In this document: positions 49,118-63,487 of the stretch, one piece after another
How positions within the stretch are numbered: the stretch's first letter is position 1
Layout of the letters: each line of letters starts with the position of its first letter
Source: Blasia pusilla
Taxonomy: Eukaryota
Direction of reading: 5' to 3'
Length of the DNA: 64,000 bases
Assembly (NCBI GenBank): GCA_050084515.1
Contig: CM114271.1
Location: 32,860,001 to 32,924,000 of the forward strand
Made by a program: the position numbers and the translations under genes
The notes under the pieces: generated by a model
What the model was told of the DNA's origin: nothing
The model's input: only the letters and a program-made list of their open reading frames with translations
Databases searched by the model: none

Positions 49118-49875
49118 AGGGAACTTTACAAGCCTTTATTGCGGTAGTACGACCACTGCGTACATGATCCTTACACCACGATTGAGTGGTCACCACATGA
49201 ATACTACATGGATTCAGCGGTAGCAATAGCTGCTCATGGCAAGCAGATCAGTGCAAAAGTATAATACAATTCAGACTCGACCACGGATTCTTGTATCCAA
49301 CTCCACACTAGACAGTTGAAAACTGCACGGGTATTTCCCTGGTCGAAAGCACGCATCAGGAGCTTGTTGGAAACCATTGGCCGGTGGTAAGAAATATAAG
49401 GCAAGAGAGATGGTGAGCTCAATGGGCATTGAATAGAGGTGCGCGTAGGAGCCGCTACGAAAATAGAGTCTAAGCAACGGCTCTATTGGTAGTAACTCCC
49501 CTACATTCATGAGTAATATCTGAAATGAAATGAAGGGAACTTCACAAACCTTGATTGTGGTAGTACGACCACAACGTACTCGGATCCTTACACCGCAATT
49601 CAGTGGTCACCAAATGAAGACTATATGGAATCAGTGGTAGCAATAGTTACTGATGGTATATGAATCAATGCAAACTTAGAGTACAATTCACACTCAATCA
49701 CAATTTCTTTTGTCCAACTGTATAGTAAGTAGTTGAAAACTACACTAGTGTTTATTTATTGTGCAAAGGCACGCGATAGGACCTTGTTTGAAGCTATTGG
49801 ATGATGGCAATAAATCAGAGGTAGGGGAGACGATGAGCTCAATGGGCCTTGAGCAAAGATGCGTGTGGGAGTCGT
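49118..49875. repeat. Diverged tandem duplication, period about 415 bp
   Basis: 49118-49460 aligns with 49534-49875 (AGGGAACTT...GTAGTACGACCAC...GATCCTTACACC...GAGCTCAATGGGC). Confidence 0.85.
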
Positions 49876-50569
49876 GTGAGTGTTTTATTGATAGAAGAGA
49901 AAAAGAGATGAGAGGGAGCCATTTTCTTAACGCAAATATAGAATATGAACGCTACAAGAATATTAGTTGTGGGCTCCAAATTTCAACCTCCCACTTGCAT
50001 ATTGGATGGTAAGATTCAAAATTCGACGTGGCAATGATTGTGACAACATGAGATTCTGGCTGCACATAAGACCTTGCAAATTTGAATCTTCCTCCCCCAC
50101 TACTCAATCTTCCTCCAACTTTTGAATCTTCCTCCCTAGTCATAGTGGCCCACCTCTTCAAGTGGAGGGAGAGTACAAATTATTTACCTACACTCGAAGG
50201 CAAAGATCAAAATAGGCCCAAATCAGAAGCAGATTTGATTCTAGCAAAAAAAATCCCTTACGATACCTTTTAAAATCCCTTATGGTACTTTTTAAATCGA
50301 ATGTTTCACTTCTTTTGGAATCTCATCTTCTTCTTCTATCCCATTTTACTAGCCCCCCCTATGTTTGGTTAATAGTATAGATGTACAACCCAAATTACTC
50401 TGACCTATTTACGACCAACGTTGTAGAGAGGCTCACCATCGTCTTTGCATATTCCCTATTGTTGGATATGATATGGAAGAGACAAAACCTAGTGCAACAT
50501 GATCGCCTAGAGTGGCACTGGTTGCGTGAAGTATACTTGGGGTTGAAGGGTGTGGGACCGCGTAGGGAC

Positions 50570-52817
50570 CGCGTAGGTTTTTGGATGTTGTAGGCACTAT
50601 AGAGCTATACAACTTCATTGAGGAGTTTTGGAGTTGGTGTGACTCACAGCGGGCTAGGAACTCTAGAGAGTTCAACCCGTTTACAGCATGGAACAGTATG
50701 TTCTAGCATTTAGAGGGGACGCCCATGGACAATTACCATGAGTTCTCCCACAGATATGCCCAGGAGATTGAGCCATGGCGACTCGCACTAGAAGAAAATG
50801 GTGGTTTTTACGACTAGGAGTTGAATGACTGAGGTTCTTCATGACTCAAACATATGACTAGATTGTCTGGTAGTCAAATGGAAGTCATATCATACGATAT
50901 AATAATAGAGTTGTAGTCATATAACAATATGACTAAGTTATTGAGAATTCCTAGGATATGGCATAGTCATATATGAAATAACTTAGTGATTTTTTGGTCT
51001 TGTGTATAGTCATACTAAAAATTTATATGACTCACTTGTGTAAGAATAAAAAATGACTAAACATATCAAGTCATAAACCAAGTAGAAATAAGGTACACAC
51101 TTAGGTGAAAAAAAACCGATGGGGCTTCTACATTTTCATTAACCTAGTTAAGTGCTTGCTTACGTGGCAGATGACATGGCGTGCTCATGATGCATGAGAA
51201 AAAGAAGTGTCTACCGATTGGGGGGAGATGTGCGAGGGAGTGTGAGCGAGAGAACCTGATACGAGGGTAGGGCGAGCTAGGCGAAATCTCCGAGGTTAAG
51301 GCGATCAATCTAGGGCGCGAGAGAAGGCGAAGGTGCAGAGAGCAGGATGGTTGAAGGCAAAGTTGAAGAGAGTATGTTGGGCACAGGCAAAGGTGATAGA
51401 GGTGGAACTAGAAGTCGCGCATCAAGAAATTGAACTTTGCATTGCAACCGGAGGTGAAGCTGCGAAGGCGCTAGAGGTGACAGAGCTGGATTGTGGTAAG
51501 GTCGCCTCATGATTGCCTCTCTTCCCACGCACCATTGTACTTGGATAGACGTGAGTCCTCGACATGCAATGCCTTCCTTCGTCCACTACGATTTAGCAAC
51601 ACCCCGCACGGATCGCCCTGCCAAATCTGAGCGCTCCGTCAATTGCCTTTGATTCAAAGAATGAAAGACATATACTTAAACTTGAATGAGGGATTTCTCA
51701 TCTATAAATCGGACATTCAGAGCCCAGATGCTAGCTTCCCACCCTACGCCGGCTACAACAGGATATCAAATCATGCACAACCCCGATGTGGATGCCCATT
51801 CAAAGTTTGTTGTGGAATTGAGAAAGTCCTCGCCCTTTCACGATACATGACTGCAAGTCTACACTTTATATCAAATCATGTAAAAATGAATCACTAGTTC
51901 CTTTTCTAGTTCTGGCAGGTAAGATATGCTCATATGATCAATTTTTCATAGGCCTCAAAGCCTCAAGGAGGACCATAACTCCTCTACCTAATGCCGAGAG
52001 GTTCAACAATGAGAGAATGAGCTCCAAAACTCTCTCTCCTTTGGTATACCCCCTTCCCTCTCCCAAGCTCTCTCCATAGTAAGCTATACTCGTAGGTGAA
52101 CTACTTGGCTCTTGACATGTTAAAGGAGGTCAAGGGCCAACTATACTCAAAATAGTAATTTACTCAAATTAGTAAGTTTCTCTTTATGACTGCAAATGAC
52201 TTAAAACGAAGGTGAAACCTACTCTTTTTTATTGGTCTAGTTTCGCCTCCTTGCCATCGAAGATCATCGCACTGCCCTCCAAAGAATTTGTCTCCATTCT
52301 CCACCGATCGCACTCTTGAACTGTTGGGGTTTCTATCTGGTTTCGTCTATGTGACTATAGATATCATCTTTCTGCTCTTCTGTATAGTAGGGGTAGTGGT
52401 CTTCAAAGGCTTGGCTAATCTGCCTGAAATAGGTCAGGAGTCCGCTATCCTTCCGTCTGAAAAATCTACACCAATGTAGAAACTTAGGTATGCGAATGTG
52501 GGGTCCGACTGGGCAGCAAAGTACTTGAGATTATAATATTTCCCGTAGACAGGTGTGTCAGACAATTGATGTATAACTCTTAAGATACTTCTGGGGTCCT
52601 ACTGGGCAGCAAAGTACCTGAGACTATAATATTTCCCGTAAGCAAGAGTGTCGGACAATTGATGTACAACTCTTAAGATACATACGGGTGTAGAAACATA
52701 GATATTTGTAGATATGGTGTGAATGTAGATGGTGAACAATCTACATTCACACCATGTAGATTGTTCACCATGTAGATGAGGAACAATCTACATGGTGTGA
52801 ATGTGACCAGTAGTGTA
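50570..52817 (+). repeat. Near-identical duplicate of 14352-16597 (gag fragment plus CACTA-like composite copy 2 at 50786-52815)
   Basis: Only a handful of substitutions and small indels are visible across about 2.25 kb. The 84-aa ORFs at 15427 and 51643 are identical. Confidence 0.97.
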
Positions 52818-54350
52818 GCACATCCAAAGATGATCATGAGGAATTGTTTTCCTCCTTCACAAAATATGCCTTAAGTTAAAATGTTTCTTCTAATTTTAGT
52901 TGGCATCGGGGCCATATATGCTACTTGAAAGGAATGGTTGTTGCTTGGGGTATGTATTGTTTTTTCGTAACATTTACTCATGATGAATTGTCATAGAGTC
53001 GTTGGATAAAGATAGGGGATTTGGAGGGTCTACTTAAGCAAATTAATCCATCTAGGGATTGGAAGATGCTCTTGGAGAGTGTGCACTCTTATTCCACTTA
53101 TCGCTTAAGGAGTTTTTACAATAATTTATCCTTCTTGGACTTCCGTTATGTCATTTGTTACAAACTCCAAGGTAGGGATAGTATGCATAATCACATTATA
53201 CTATGGTATGAAAATGGTTCAATCCCAACAATTATATCTATAGATATGTTGTTATGTTCCAACCATCTATGGTTATAATTAAAATAATTTTTAAGGTTTG
53301 AGATCAATATTTTTGAATCAATATTATTTGACTATACTATACATAAGGAACTACAAATTTGCAAAACAAGAGCATGTTCAAAGTTAGAAAAATCATAAAC
53401 ACTAAAATTTGCAAATTATGCTTCTCATCTGAATCGAGCATGCAGCTTGAGCCCATCTTAGATCCAATTTTGAATAAATATACATACTTCAAACTTGGAT
53501 GGGAGAGTATCAATATCGTACCTTATCATCCTCTACTACTTCTTCTTTAGGGGCGCGTATGAACATGCAAGGGCTAACAAGCGCCGATTGGTCTTTCTGA
53601 CTTATTTAGTATGCAAAAAAATGCGAGACTATTTGAGCTCTTAATATTGGTATTGAATATGCTACACATCTTGGTCTTGAAGGGCTGGATGAGATCCAAA
53701 TCAATTTTGTTTTTAGTGCTAGGGCTAAATAGATATGTATCACAAACATACGTTGCTTTATTGATCCACTATAATTTCCAACCCTCCTTGTAGATGGTAT
53801 ACTTTATATATCAAGTCATTTAAGGTTTGTCTCTACCTATACAAATTTGTAGTCATCGATCAACAAGCTTATCTCACGTGTCTTTTATGGACTATTCGAA
53901 TAACTACAGGGTCAATAAAAATTAAATGAAATGAAATCTACAAATTCTCATTTTATTGACATGGATTCAATTAGAACATATGTATATAAGACTTAAAGAT
54001 TAGTTTGTTTCATTTCTTTTATCCCATTCCATCACACCAATGGATTCTTCTACAATGTCCTATTATGATCCAAAAACTTTCATATTGAGACAACAATATT
54101 ATCTTTATCATCTCCCATATTGACATTTTAACATAAATGTGTCCGTAGGAGATTGATTACATAACAACATAACATGTAGAATATTGAGTAAGATATCAAA
54201 GATTCTCACTCCATATGTGGAAAACAAGACTCTTTCAATTGTCCATAAAGACATTGCTACTAGACCCATGAAGAAAATACCTACTCAAGCTCTTATTAAC
54301 AACACATCATTTCATCCACCAAGCTTCACTCCTCAACAATTTGAGTCTTT
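52818..54350 (+). mobile_element. Helitron-like RepHel remnant H3 (Rep plus linker; helicase deleted)
   Basis: WHRGHICYLKGMVVAWGMYCFFVTFTHDE (motif 1), YVICYKLQGRDSMHNHIILW (HUH), NIVPYHPLLLLL*GARMNMQ, a degenerate motif 3 near 53596-53620, and LNIGIEYATHLGLEGLDEIQ. Confidence 0.85.
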
Positions 54351-54920
54351 TTCCTCTTATGGAAAAGTACGTTTTATTTACATATACTTACACGTGAACC
54401 TTAAACATATGAATCCAAAATTAACAACTTTATGGGAGGATATTGACAACGACATGGAATAGATGACGTATGTTCAAATTTATATATGAAGCGAAACGTT
54501 TGACTAAGAACTTCAAAGTTGTTTATAACACCCCACCAATATCATGTAGTACATTCTCCTTTTAAATTCACTTAAGAATTATGATTTTGAAACCATGTGA
54601 TGTTAATTTATGAGTTTATGTTGTTTATTTATAAGTGTGCAAAAAAGAGCTTTGATGTTAAAATCAATAGAATTTGATCCTTCAAAGTTAACCAAGAGAG
54701 CAACGACAACATAATCGATTGGTATTCCAGGAGGAAAAAGACTTCCCCAACTTATTGAACTCATACCCCTTCTAGTCCCTCTAGGGATAATTATTGTTTT
54801 GACATCTCCATACGCTACGATTTTGATTCAAAAAACAAATCAGGCAAGTTGATATGGTATGCTACCTAACATTCAGCGTAATTCAACCCCAAAAACAATC
54901 ATTAATCTCGATGATTTAGA
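54350..54920 (+). pseudogene. Accessory gene remnant of H3
   Basis: RALMLKSIEFDPSKLTKRATTT*SIGIPGGKRLPQLIEL...VPLGIIIVLTSPYATILIQKTNQA...MLPNIQ...IINLDD aligns with 44858-45130. Confidence 0.65.
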
Positions 54921-56359
54921 AGATATCGATGTTCTCCATAATAATGCTTCTACACATAATGTAGGGGCTACTTCTCTGTACATTTTTCTATTACTAGCAA
55001 AGAGATAGAGGGACATTTAAACTATAAAATATAAAACTATATAGATTTATCCTATACCATCCTTACCCTTTGTGAAACATTCTCTTTTTTTAGACCGTTA
55101 GATTGAATCATAACATACTTACCCTCATGTGTCATAATCACGGATTAGTTGCCATTTGTCCATTGTATCCCTTTCCCTCTTTCTCTCCTACATCCATATA
55201 ATGAACATATTTTCACACTTATGTCTCATCATAACTATTGAGATGTATATCGTTAGTTGTTGTAGTAGTGAGATTATTATCATTACTTTGATATAATCTT
55301 GCATATTGCACTACATTTGCATTCACCTGATACATTTTTTATTGAATTAACGTGTTCTCATGGTACTACTTAATGTAGGTATTCCAATATGATAGTGAGA
55401 TTAGAAACATTTAAGTCTTGCAACTTGAGCACCAACTTGAAACAGCATATATAAGTAATTACAATCAAATCAAGGAACATGAAGCTTACATGCACCATCA
55501 ACAAGGATTCCTCCGGGTTGCTATCTTCTTCATTACGTGTATAGAATAATTATGCAATGATAAATATGCAATCTTAGCTTTAGTTACATTTTGTAAGTAT
55601 TGGTTTCACTTATATTGCTGATATGATACAAAATATAAGTAGATAATAGCGTCATTTTATATAGAGCATCGAATAATCTTTTTGATCTATATTTTTTTGC
55701 GGATTGGATCTTTTTACCATTATTCCCAGCCACCACGTGCATTGATTTTGATTGGATTCTACTGATGTTTCATTTCTCCTTTAATGATGTAAAGATGAAC
55801 AAACATTATTACATATATCAATTTCCAAACCGTCATCCTCACATTGTAAAGATCATTCCATACTCCAAACAAATTAGATATAGATATAAAAAAAAATCAA
55901 AATTTTCATTAAAAAAAACATTCTCTATTATTCTTCATGCAATCGCTATGTTATTTACATCACATCATTTAACTGCACGTTCTATAATAGATGAATTTGT
56001 GATCAATTCACTAGTTTACAACCCGATAACAAGTCTTATTAAACTAAGTTTATGTCAATGAAACTTGAGGGCCCTAATGTCCTTTTATTTAATTAAAAAC
56101 AACCCAAACCAATATACAAAACTTTTTATACAACCCTAGCATTACCGCTCATACAGGAAGAACCATAATAGAATCAACCACATGTCGTGATTTTGAGGGC
56201 CTCCGTGATGAAAATATATATTTATCAAATGACAATCCAAACGGTGATTTAATGGTTTGAGATATCAAGAGAATTTTCCATTAAATTTTTTGAAGTGATA
56301 GCAATATATGAAACCAACATGCGGCCCTTTGATAAATGGGATGGGAGAGAACAAGAAGT

Positions 56360-56548
56360 TATAGTTCGTAATACGGGCACCACTAGTTTTTATACTAGGA
56401 GAGGAGAGAAGAGGAGATAATACGAGGGAGGGGCACCACTAGTTTGTATACATGAGAGAATAGCCTAAAGGAGATAAGAGAATACAAGGGAGGGGGGTTT
56501 TTGCAAGAAAGAGAGAGAAGATGCGCGATATACACACCACCACTAGTG
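56360..56548 (+). mobile_element. Three stacked Helitron-like 3' ends (CACCACTAG|T)
   Basis: CACCACTAGT near 56379, 56434 and 56539. The first is preceded by the hairpin GTTCGTAATACGGGC. Confidence 0.5.
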
Positions 56549-57639
56549 TATATACGAGATATACACACTATCAAGGGAGAGAATACCGCACCGAGGAAGA
56601 ATAGGACTAATGGAATGGACTGAGAAATAATATGATAGATGGGACGTAATTGGTAGGAGGTTGTCGCGTGATATGTGTTAAAAGTCACACAAATATCATT
56701 AAATACACGAATTTAACTCACACAAATCCATAATCAGCATAAATATAAAACCTTCATTTGGTAGACAATAATCACACGAACCAAAGTAACTTGCCTAACC
56801 GAGATGCAAAATAATACATACATGTAGTGGCTATAATGGTATTTTCAACGAACTTTCAACCTAAAAATTAGTTGAAAATGGTAAAGCCTATTTAAGGCAG
56901 ATAGATGTGCAATGGCTGAGTTAAGATTCCTCCTATTATTTTGAAGTTTATAAGAATGAAGATACTTGCCATGAAATTTGTAGGGATAATGAGATTATAT
57001 TAATGCACACATACCACAAATTTGTCACCCAAAGGATGAAATGAAATCTTTTTGATGAAAGTCTATAATAATAATCAAATTTTAATTAGAATATATTATT
57101 TCCAAGTAGCATTTTGCCTACAAATTTGTGGGGTTTGCAAGATATAAGCACTTAATGAAAATCCTATGTGTTACAAAGATCTGCACACACATATTCACCA
57201 CAGAGTTTCATATCTAGTAGATTTCGTGTGGAGAAGGATATAACATATTTTTTCAATAAAATGATTTTATCATAAAGCAAAATTTTGTATAATGATTTTA
57301 TAGCTTGATAAGTTATGATTATTTGCCATGAAATTTTGCAGAGCGATAGCTTTGCGAACATCTAAGTCTCTAGAGGAAGCTCACGAATCAATTCTTGATC
57401 GTAGGTCTAAGGAGAAAAATATCTCATTATGATCTACTAAAGTCATAACCTATACTAGCTAGGAGCAAGATTAGGAAGAGCGATGGAATTATTCGTGGAA
57501 CTAATGACAGTTAAGACAAACATATGGATTTAGACTAACCTTGTATGAAAAAGGATATAGATACTTTTGAGGATAAGGGTCAGCAAAGTATAATGTCTTT
57601 ACATGATACATCGATGAGTTTTAGTAAAGTGTCTTCGAG

Positions 57640-58030
57640 GACATTGGAGGATAGCTTCAAGAGGTTGAGGATTACCCTGTAAGGCCCTGACTAACTTGAG
57701 AGATCAAGTTTCCCAATCGTTTGGACTCATTTGGAGATGTATAGAAAAACTTACTAATTTGGTTAATTTATCGATATGAGTAAAATTTACTCTCCAATTG
57801 GAGAAGTGGCCCTTAACCCCCTGTATTGCAATGGTCAAGGGCTAAAGAGGTGACTTATTAGCATAGATTATCATGGATAGAGCTTGAGAGAGGGAAAGGG
57901 GTATATCCAAGGAGAGAGAGTATTAGAGCTCATTCTCTATTTTTTAAACCTCTTGGCATGAGGTGAGAAAGTTATGGCCGTCATTGCCTTGTCAGTAATC
58001 CAAGCCTCTCATAAGGAGAGTGGATTTGGT
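57640..58030 (+). repeat. LTR-derived dispersed repeat (same family as 10870-11180)
   Basis: Shared GGTCAAG.GC.AA.GAGGTGACTT...GAGAGCTCATTCTCT...CCAAGCCTCT..TAGGAGAGTGG. Confidence 0.75.
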
Positions 58031-61000
58031 TTGACATAAAAGAGATGAAGTTGTGTGCACATTGATCTACTTTTTGAGTATTGATAATTTATGAAAGATT
58101 TTGGTATACGATCGTCTCAATGTCTAGATGTAATGAGTGAGTATGATACCTTGTGTGTTATGTGAGTATACAATGACAAAAATATATAAATTTTTAGCGA
58201 TATGTATACATACGACATATTGTAATGTTCTAAACTTTTTTTTTTCATATGCTATATTGTTCCGTCGTGATATTCACTACTTTCAAAGGTATTTATTTGT
58301 TTTAAGAAAGGTTGATTAAGACCAAGATGAACTTCAAATAACTTGTGTATTAAAATTAATCAATAGTGGCCAAACGCTAATGAGATTTTGAAATATTGGC
58401 AGCAATATCAACACTTTGAGAATGACAATTTCCCAACACATCATAAAAAAACTAATTTTTTGTTGTTTGTATTTTACTTTCAAACTTGTATTAGAAGATA
58501 AGCAATTATTTGAAGAAAACAATGGAGGGGACTTTCAATTTTCTTTATGATTTCCGAAAACAAATCAATCCTACATCTATGAACAATCAACCTAAAAATC
58601 AAAAATCTTATTCTTTTATATCAATTTTTATCCATTTATGTTATTTTTTCAATCCTCCTTCCGTATACATATTATGATTTCCAAAATCTGAAATAATCCC
58701 TTTATGCACCCTAAGCTTTCAATCTTCTTCTCTACCTCACAATTTCTTATGCAAAATGCAAAGTGCGTGCTCGCAATATATCGTTAGCAATACAATATTT
58801 CCCCTCCCCTAAACAAAGTTATGTAAATCTAAAAGTATCACGCTTGTAGTACACAATAGTTATGACAAATGAGGGTTTTGTCTCATTGGCCTTAGGGACA
58901 AAATTTGGGATTGTTCAATAAATATAATCCCTTATTGTGTGTTGGAGATTGGATACGAGGGGGATGTTAGTTTATAATGTCATTTTGGTTATAATAACTT
59001 ATTGGGTAACACTTAATTGGAGTAGGGGGTTTGACAAGGGTATAACTTAAGAAAAAATTAATTCTACGTCATCCCATGTAACTATTGAGGGAAGAAGACA
59101 AGGTTTCTTTTTGTAATAAGCATAAATCAGATTCATAGTACAAACATTACACGAATATGATTCTTAAAAACATGTGTGCCTTATTTAGATGGTCCAATTT
59201 ATTTTAGTTGGAATCTACACATGCAATAGCATGCATGTAAGCTCAAATCCTTTGGGTTACAACTCTATATGGCTACTATGGAGTCTCAAGAAGGGATTAG
59301 GGCCCATGGTTGAGCTTTGTGTTAGGACAACAATGATACTTTAAGCATGATACCTCACTACATATCTCATTAGGGTTATTAGTATAGGTCATATCCAACA
59401 TAAAAAGTGTCATCATTCTCTTTCCAAATTTAGAATTCTTATATTTCAAATTATATGTTTCTAATAATTTATTTATTTTTGCCATACAGGTGATTTATTA
59501 TAAGAGTATGGAGTTTGGAAGTTTAATGACGTGATTGAGATGCCTTAACATAACACCTCTTAAGGGCAGATTCTGATAGGAGATTTTGGGATCATGTATA
59601 TGAAATTGATCAAAAAATTAGTTTGTAAAAATTATACATCATGCTCAATTGCAAGTCTCTTGAAATATTTGACATGGTACCCAAGGATTTTCTTTGGCAT
59701 TTGGCATTTTGTAACCTAATATGTAGATATGTTGTCACCATAAATATCTCATAAACTTGACTTGTCTCCCTTGAAACCAATATGCGATCATTAACTAGCA
59801 ATATGTTTATGCAATGCACATAGACTAAAATGATAGTGGGATTAATAGATCCTAAACTCAAGTTGAATGGAATCTGCAAAAATATATGTATAATCTTTTC
59901 TTGGGGGTTCTTTACGATCCTTGCAAGTTTACTTTTACTATTTTGTTCACTTTGTCTAATCCATCAATATACACATGTTTGATGTCTTATACACATAATT
60001 AATTTTTTCTTACCCCCCTCAACTCTAGTTCCTATGTCATTTTTTCCATGCATTATGCAACCAAGATGACCATCTTGCCACGATGTAATTAAGGCATAGA
60101 GAAATACAAACTAAGATTTTGATTATCTATAGTATAATGTGAGGAGGGGGATGCTACTTTGTTTAGAATCTCCCCTCCTGAAGAAGTGAAGCCCTCCTTT
60201 AAACAAAAGGCTCCTTCTAAAATAGCAAGAATATTCGTTTCAACACTTGCTTCGATAACAATGGAATTTATTTTTTTAAACTTTCTTCAACAATAGTGGA
60301 TTTTTTAAAATGTCGGGACACCTGTAATTGTAACAATGCACATGTTTTGTCATCCAAACACATTTGTCTAACTTTTGAAGATAGTAATGGATGAGTTATT
60401 GATAAAACGGGGAAAGAGGAGCCACATATGCGCTTTGCTTATATACGGTGGAACTCTCAAAGAGCCGAGAAGATTTATTGTTGAGCTACCAAAAGCCTTC
60501 CTACAGAGCTAGAAAGAGTTCGGATGAATTGTTGTGAGTTTGCTACCAAATGAATAGGAGGTGGATTTTTTATCAAACCTAGGGTGAAGTTTTCATGAGG
60601 TTGATGATCGGGATAAAAAACTCGATTGAATTATCTTTATGAAATTATCGTGTTATATATATTTAGTCCGATTCCTTGTGCAATTCATACGTAGAGTTTT
60701 ATGTCTATGAGCTCGTGTTCCTTCTTTGCTCGTTACGGGAGCTTGCCTCATTAGGATGTAGTGTTTTTTACTCTAGACGAATATCGCAATGATTTGAGCT
60801 TGGATGGAATGATAATTGTCAAAAATTGAGAATTGTCTTTATTTTATGAGAGTATGCCATCCATAGCTTGGATCTCGTTCTTAATTGGTGGTGTGGCTCA
60901 CAAATCGGATTGTATGTGAATCGTGTTGGATTAATTCATAATTCTCGATTCTTAATAATTTGTTGGTGATCTTAGACCACATCAGACAAAACTTGTTACC

Positions 61001-63300
61001 TATCTTAATGCTTGAACGGGATTAGATTACGAAGATCGTTGGTACTTGGCAAACCAAAGTAGATATGGAATATGTAGAGGTAGAAAATGTTTATATTGGA
61101 ACTCGAACAACTCTAAAACCAATTAGTGTTATGATTTGATCCGATAGAGAAACCGAAAGTATTTATAGTGAAACATTTCACTTGGTTTGCCAAAAAATAT
61201 ACGCAATGTTATCCCAAATTTTCCCACTCAATTGTCATATTGCTCTTAAAAATCCTTTCCAATTGTTTTTTATTAGGCCTCAAACTCGGTAAATAACCCT
61301 TTCCATACTATATTCGATATTTTGAAACCAACGATGATAGTTGGTTGCTTGAATCGGGATGAGTAGTAGTCCATATTTCATTCGTGCAACACAAACATCA
61401 ACTAGAGTATAAATATAAAAAAATACATATATGTAAGAAAAGGGTAAAATATGATTACATAGTTTAGAAACGTACATTGGAGATGGTAAGACCATAATCC
61501 TAGAATTTGGAATGGCATAAGCTTGACAAAGTTCCATGCTTGGCTTGCCAAACTATTTTTTTTATAAATCATTGATACAAAATTAAGACCATATAAAAAG
61601 CATAAAACAAGAGAGTATGTGACGCATACCTTATATTAGCTTGAGTATGAAAGTCATCAATAGTCAAAGCCTCAACTTCTTCTTCATGAAGCAGATTCGT
61701 GAACATATATTTGACATTCATTGACATCACAATATTTTTGATATCAATGAATGACCTTTTCTCATTTCCCTTCGATGGTTCCTCTTGAGTTTTACGCATC
61801 TCGTGGAAATATCAATCATTCTACAATAAGATCTATGGCCAATGGTTTGAAATATAAACGAAGAAAACAAAATGAGATAACCATTTTTATAAAATCTTAT
61901 ACATGAAATTTTATCCACAAATGTTATATTCTAAATACAAATTATGATTATATGTAATTTAAGATATTTATAAAAAAATAGAATGGAAAATTCACTCTAA
62001 TGGATAACGAGACTCAACCGTAATCATTTCACTTCAATCTGCGGAGCCAATTGTATGATCATCATTCAATTCCTACGACCCATAATCGTACAATCGCGGA
62101 TAGATGAAAGGCTGGACGTTACACGCTCTAAGGAAGGGATGCAATAAATGTGTGGAACCTTGTATATCGTTATCCCTTGTCATGTCCAACAAATTAGAGT
62201 GAAATAGAATGATGATCAACAATAGGTGAACTTAAAATTCCAGATGTTTTCTCATGATAGCTACAAATGTCATCATTTATTGGTGGGTTTATTTGTCATT
62301 TGGAGCATTATTCCCATCTTCAAAAATTGTTTATGGAACAAAGCGAAGGCGTGAAGAATTATTTCCATTAAAAAAATTTGTTGATGGACATAGTATGGAT
62401 TTGATATTCATATCACTTCCATCATGTTAAGATTTAGAGACAATCCCTGTTTTGTTCATCTAGAGGGATGTAGAACTCACCATTGCTATATTTTATCTTA
62501 TTTGCACTCATGTGAAATTAACCTTTGGTATCATGTGCAATCTATGTAATATTTATGATAAAATATATATTTAAAATCAATAAAAGAGTGTATTCAATGT
62601 ATCAAAAAATTTATACAAATATGTTAATATCAAGTCCTTTACGTAGTAGTAGTGGTATATATATATATAGAAATTAAATAACATTCCAATACTAAGAGAA
62701 TTTTTCCCCGTGGGTTCATATTTGGATCAAAAATATTTGTCAAACATGCACATGTTAATAAATTAGCATTTACTTTAAAATAATCCTATTCATGTTTATA
62801 ATAATAATCCAATCCCTCGGAGAATGTTCTTCGAGTGAATTATGAGATTTTTGAGCTTGCCGTGTAATGCATTTGTGTCACTCACTATAGTCCATCCCAC
62901 CTTCCAATAAGTCGGTCACTACATCCCTTGAGTCCCCTCATCTAATGAAACATAACTTTTTCGCTCATTAGTCTCATAAACAAATCCAAGATTTGTGAGT
63001 TCGTCACACTTGATTATTTTTCCGAAGTAAATACGATCCCCCGAAGAAGCCATGAGAGAAACGTCTTTAGACTGATCATGGTCTTGTCATAAAACACTTG
63101 AACAACAACCTTGAGATTATTATGCACACTCATCAACAACAATTCTTTTCTTTCTTGTCTTATGGCCCAAAAAGGAATTATCCACTACCTCGATTCTAAT
63201 TGGGTGATTTTTAGAAAACTATAAACAAGAAAATTTGAGATTATTCACTGGCTATGCAGAAGGAATAGTCGTTGTATCTTGGCGAATTGCCCGGAGATGA

Positions 63301-63487
63301 AGTACTAGAGCACGAAAAAGTCTCTACCCAAAATTTTACTAGTATGCTTATCAAAATTGTGTCATTTTTTATAGGTTTAGGGTTGTAATGATATGATGGA
63401 GTACTAGAGCACGAAAAGGTCTCTACCCAAAATTGTACTAGTATGCTTATCAAAATTGTGTCACTTTTTATAGGTTTAGGGTTGTAT
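63301..63487. repeat. Tandem duplication, period 99 bp
   Basis: AGTACTAGAGCACGAAAA...TTTATAGGTTTAGGGTTGTA twice. Confidence 0.92.

Noticed and set aside
49234-49422. VSNKLLMRAF resemblance to an RRM of NONO/SFPQ type
   Set aside because: Only a short match; the RNP motifs are absent.
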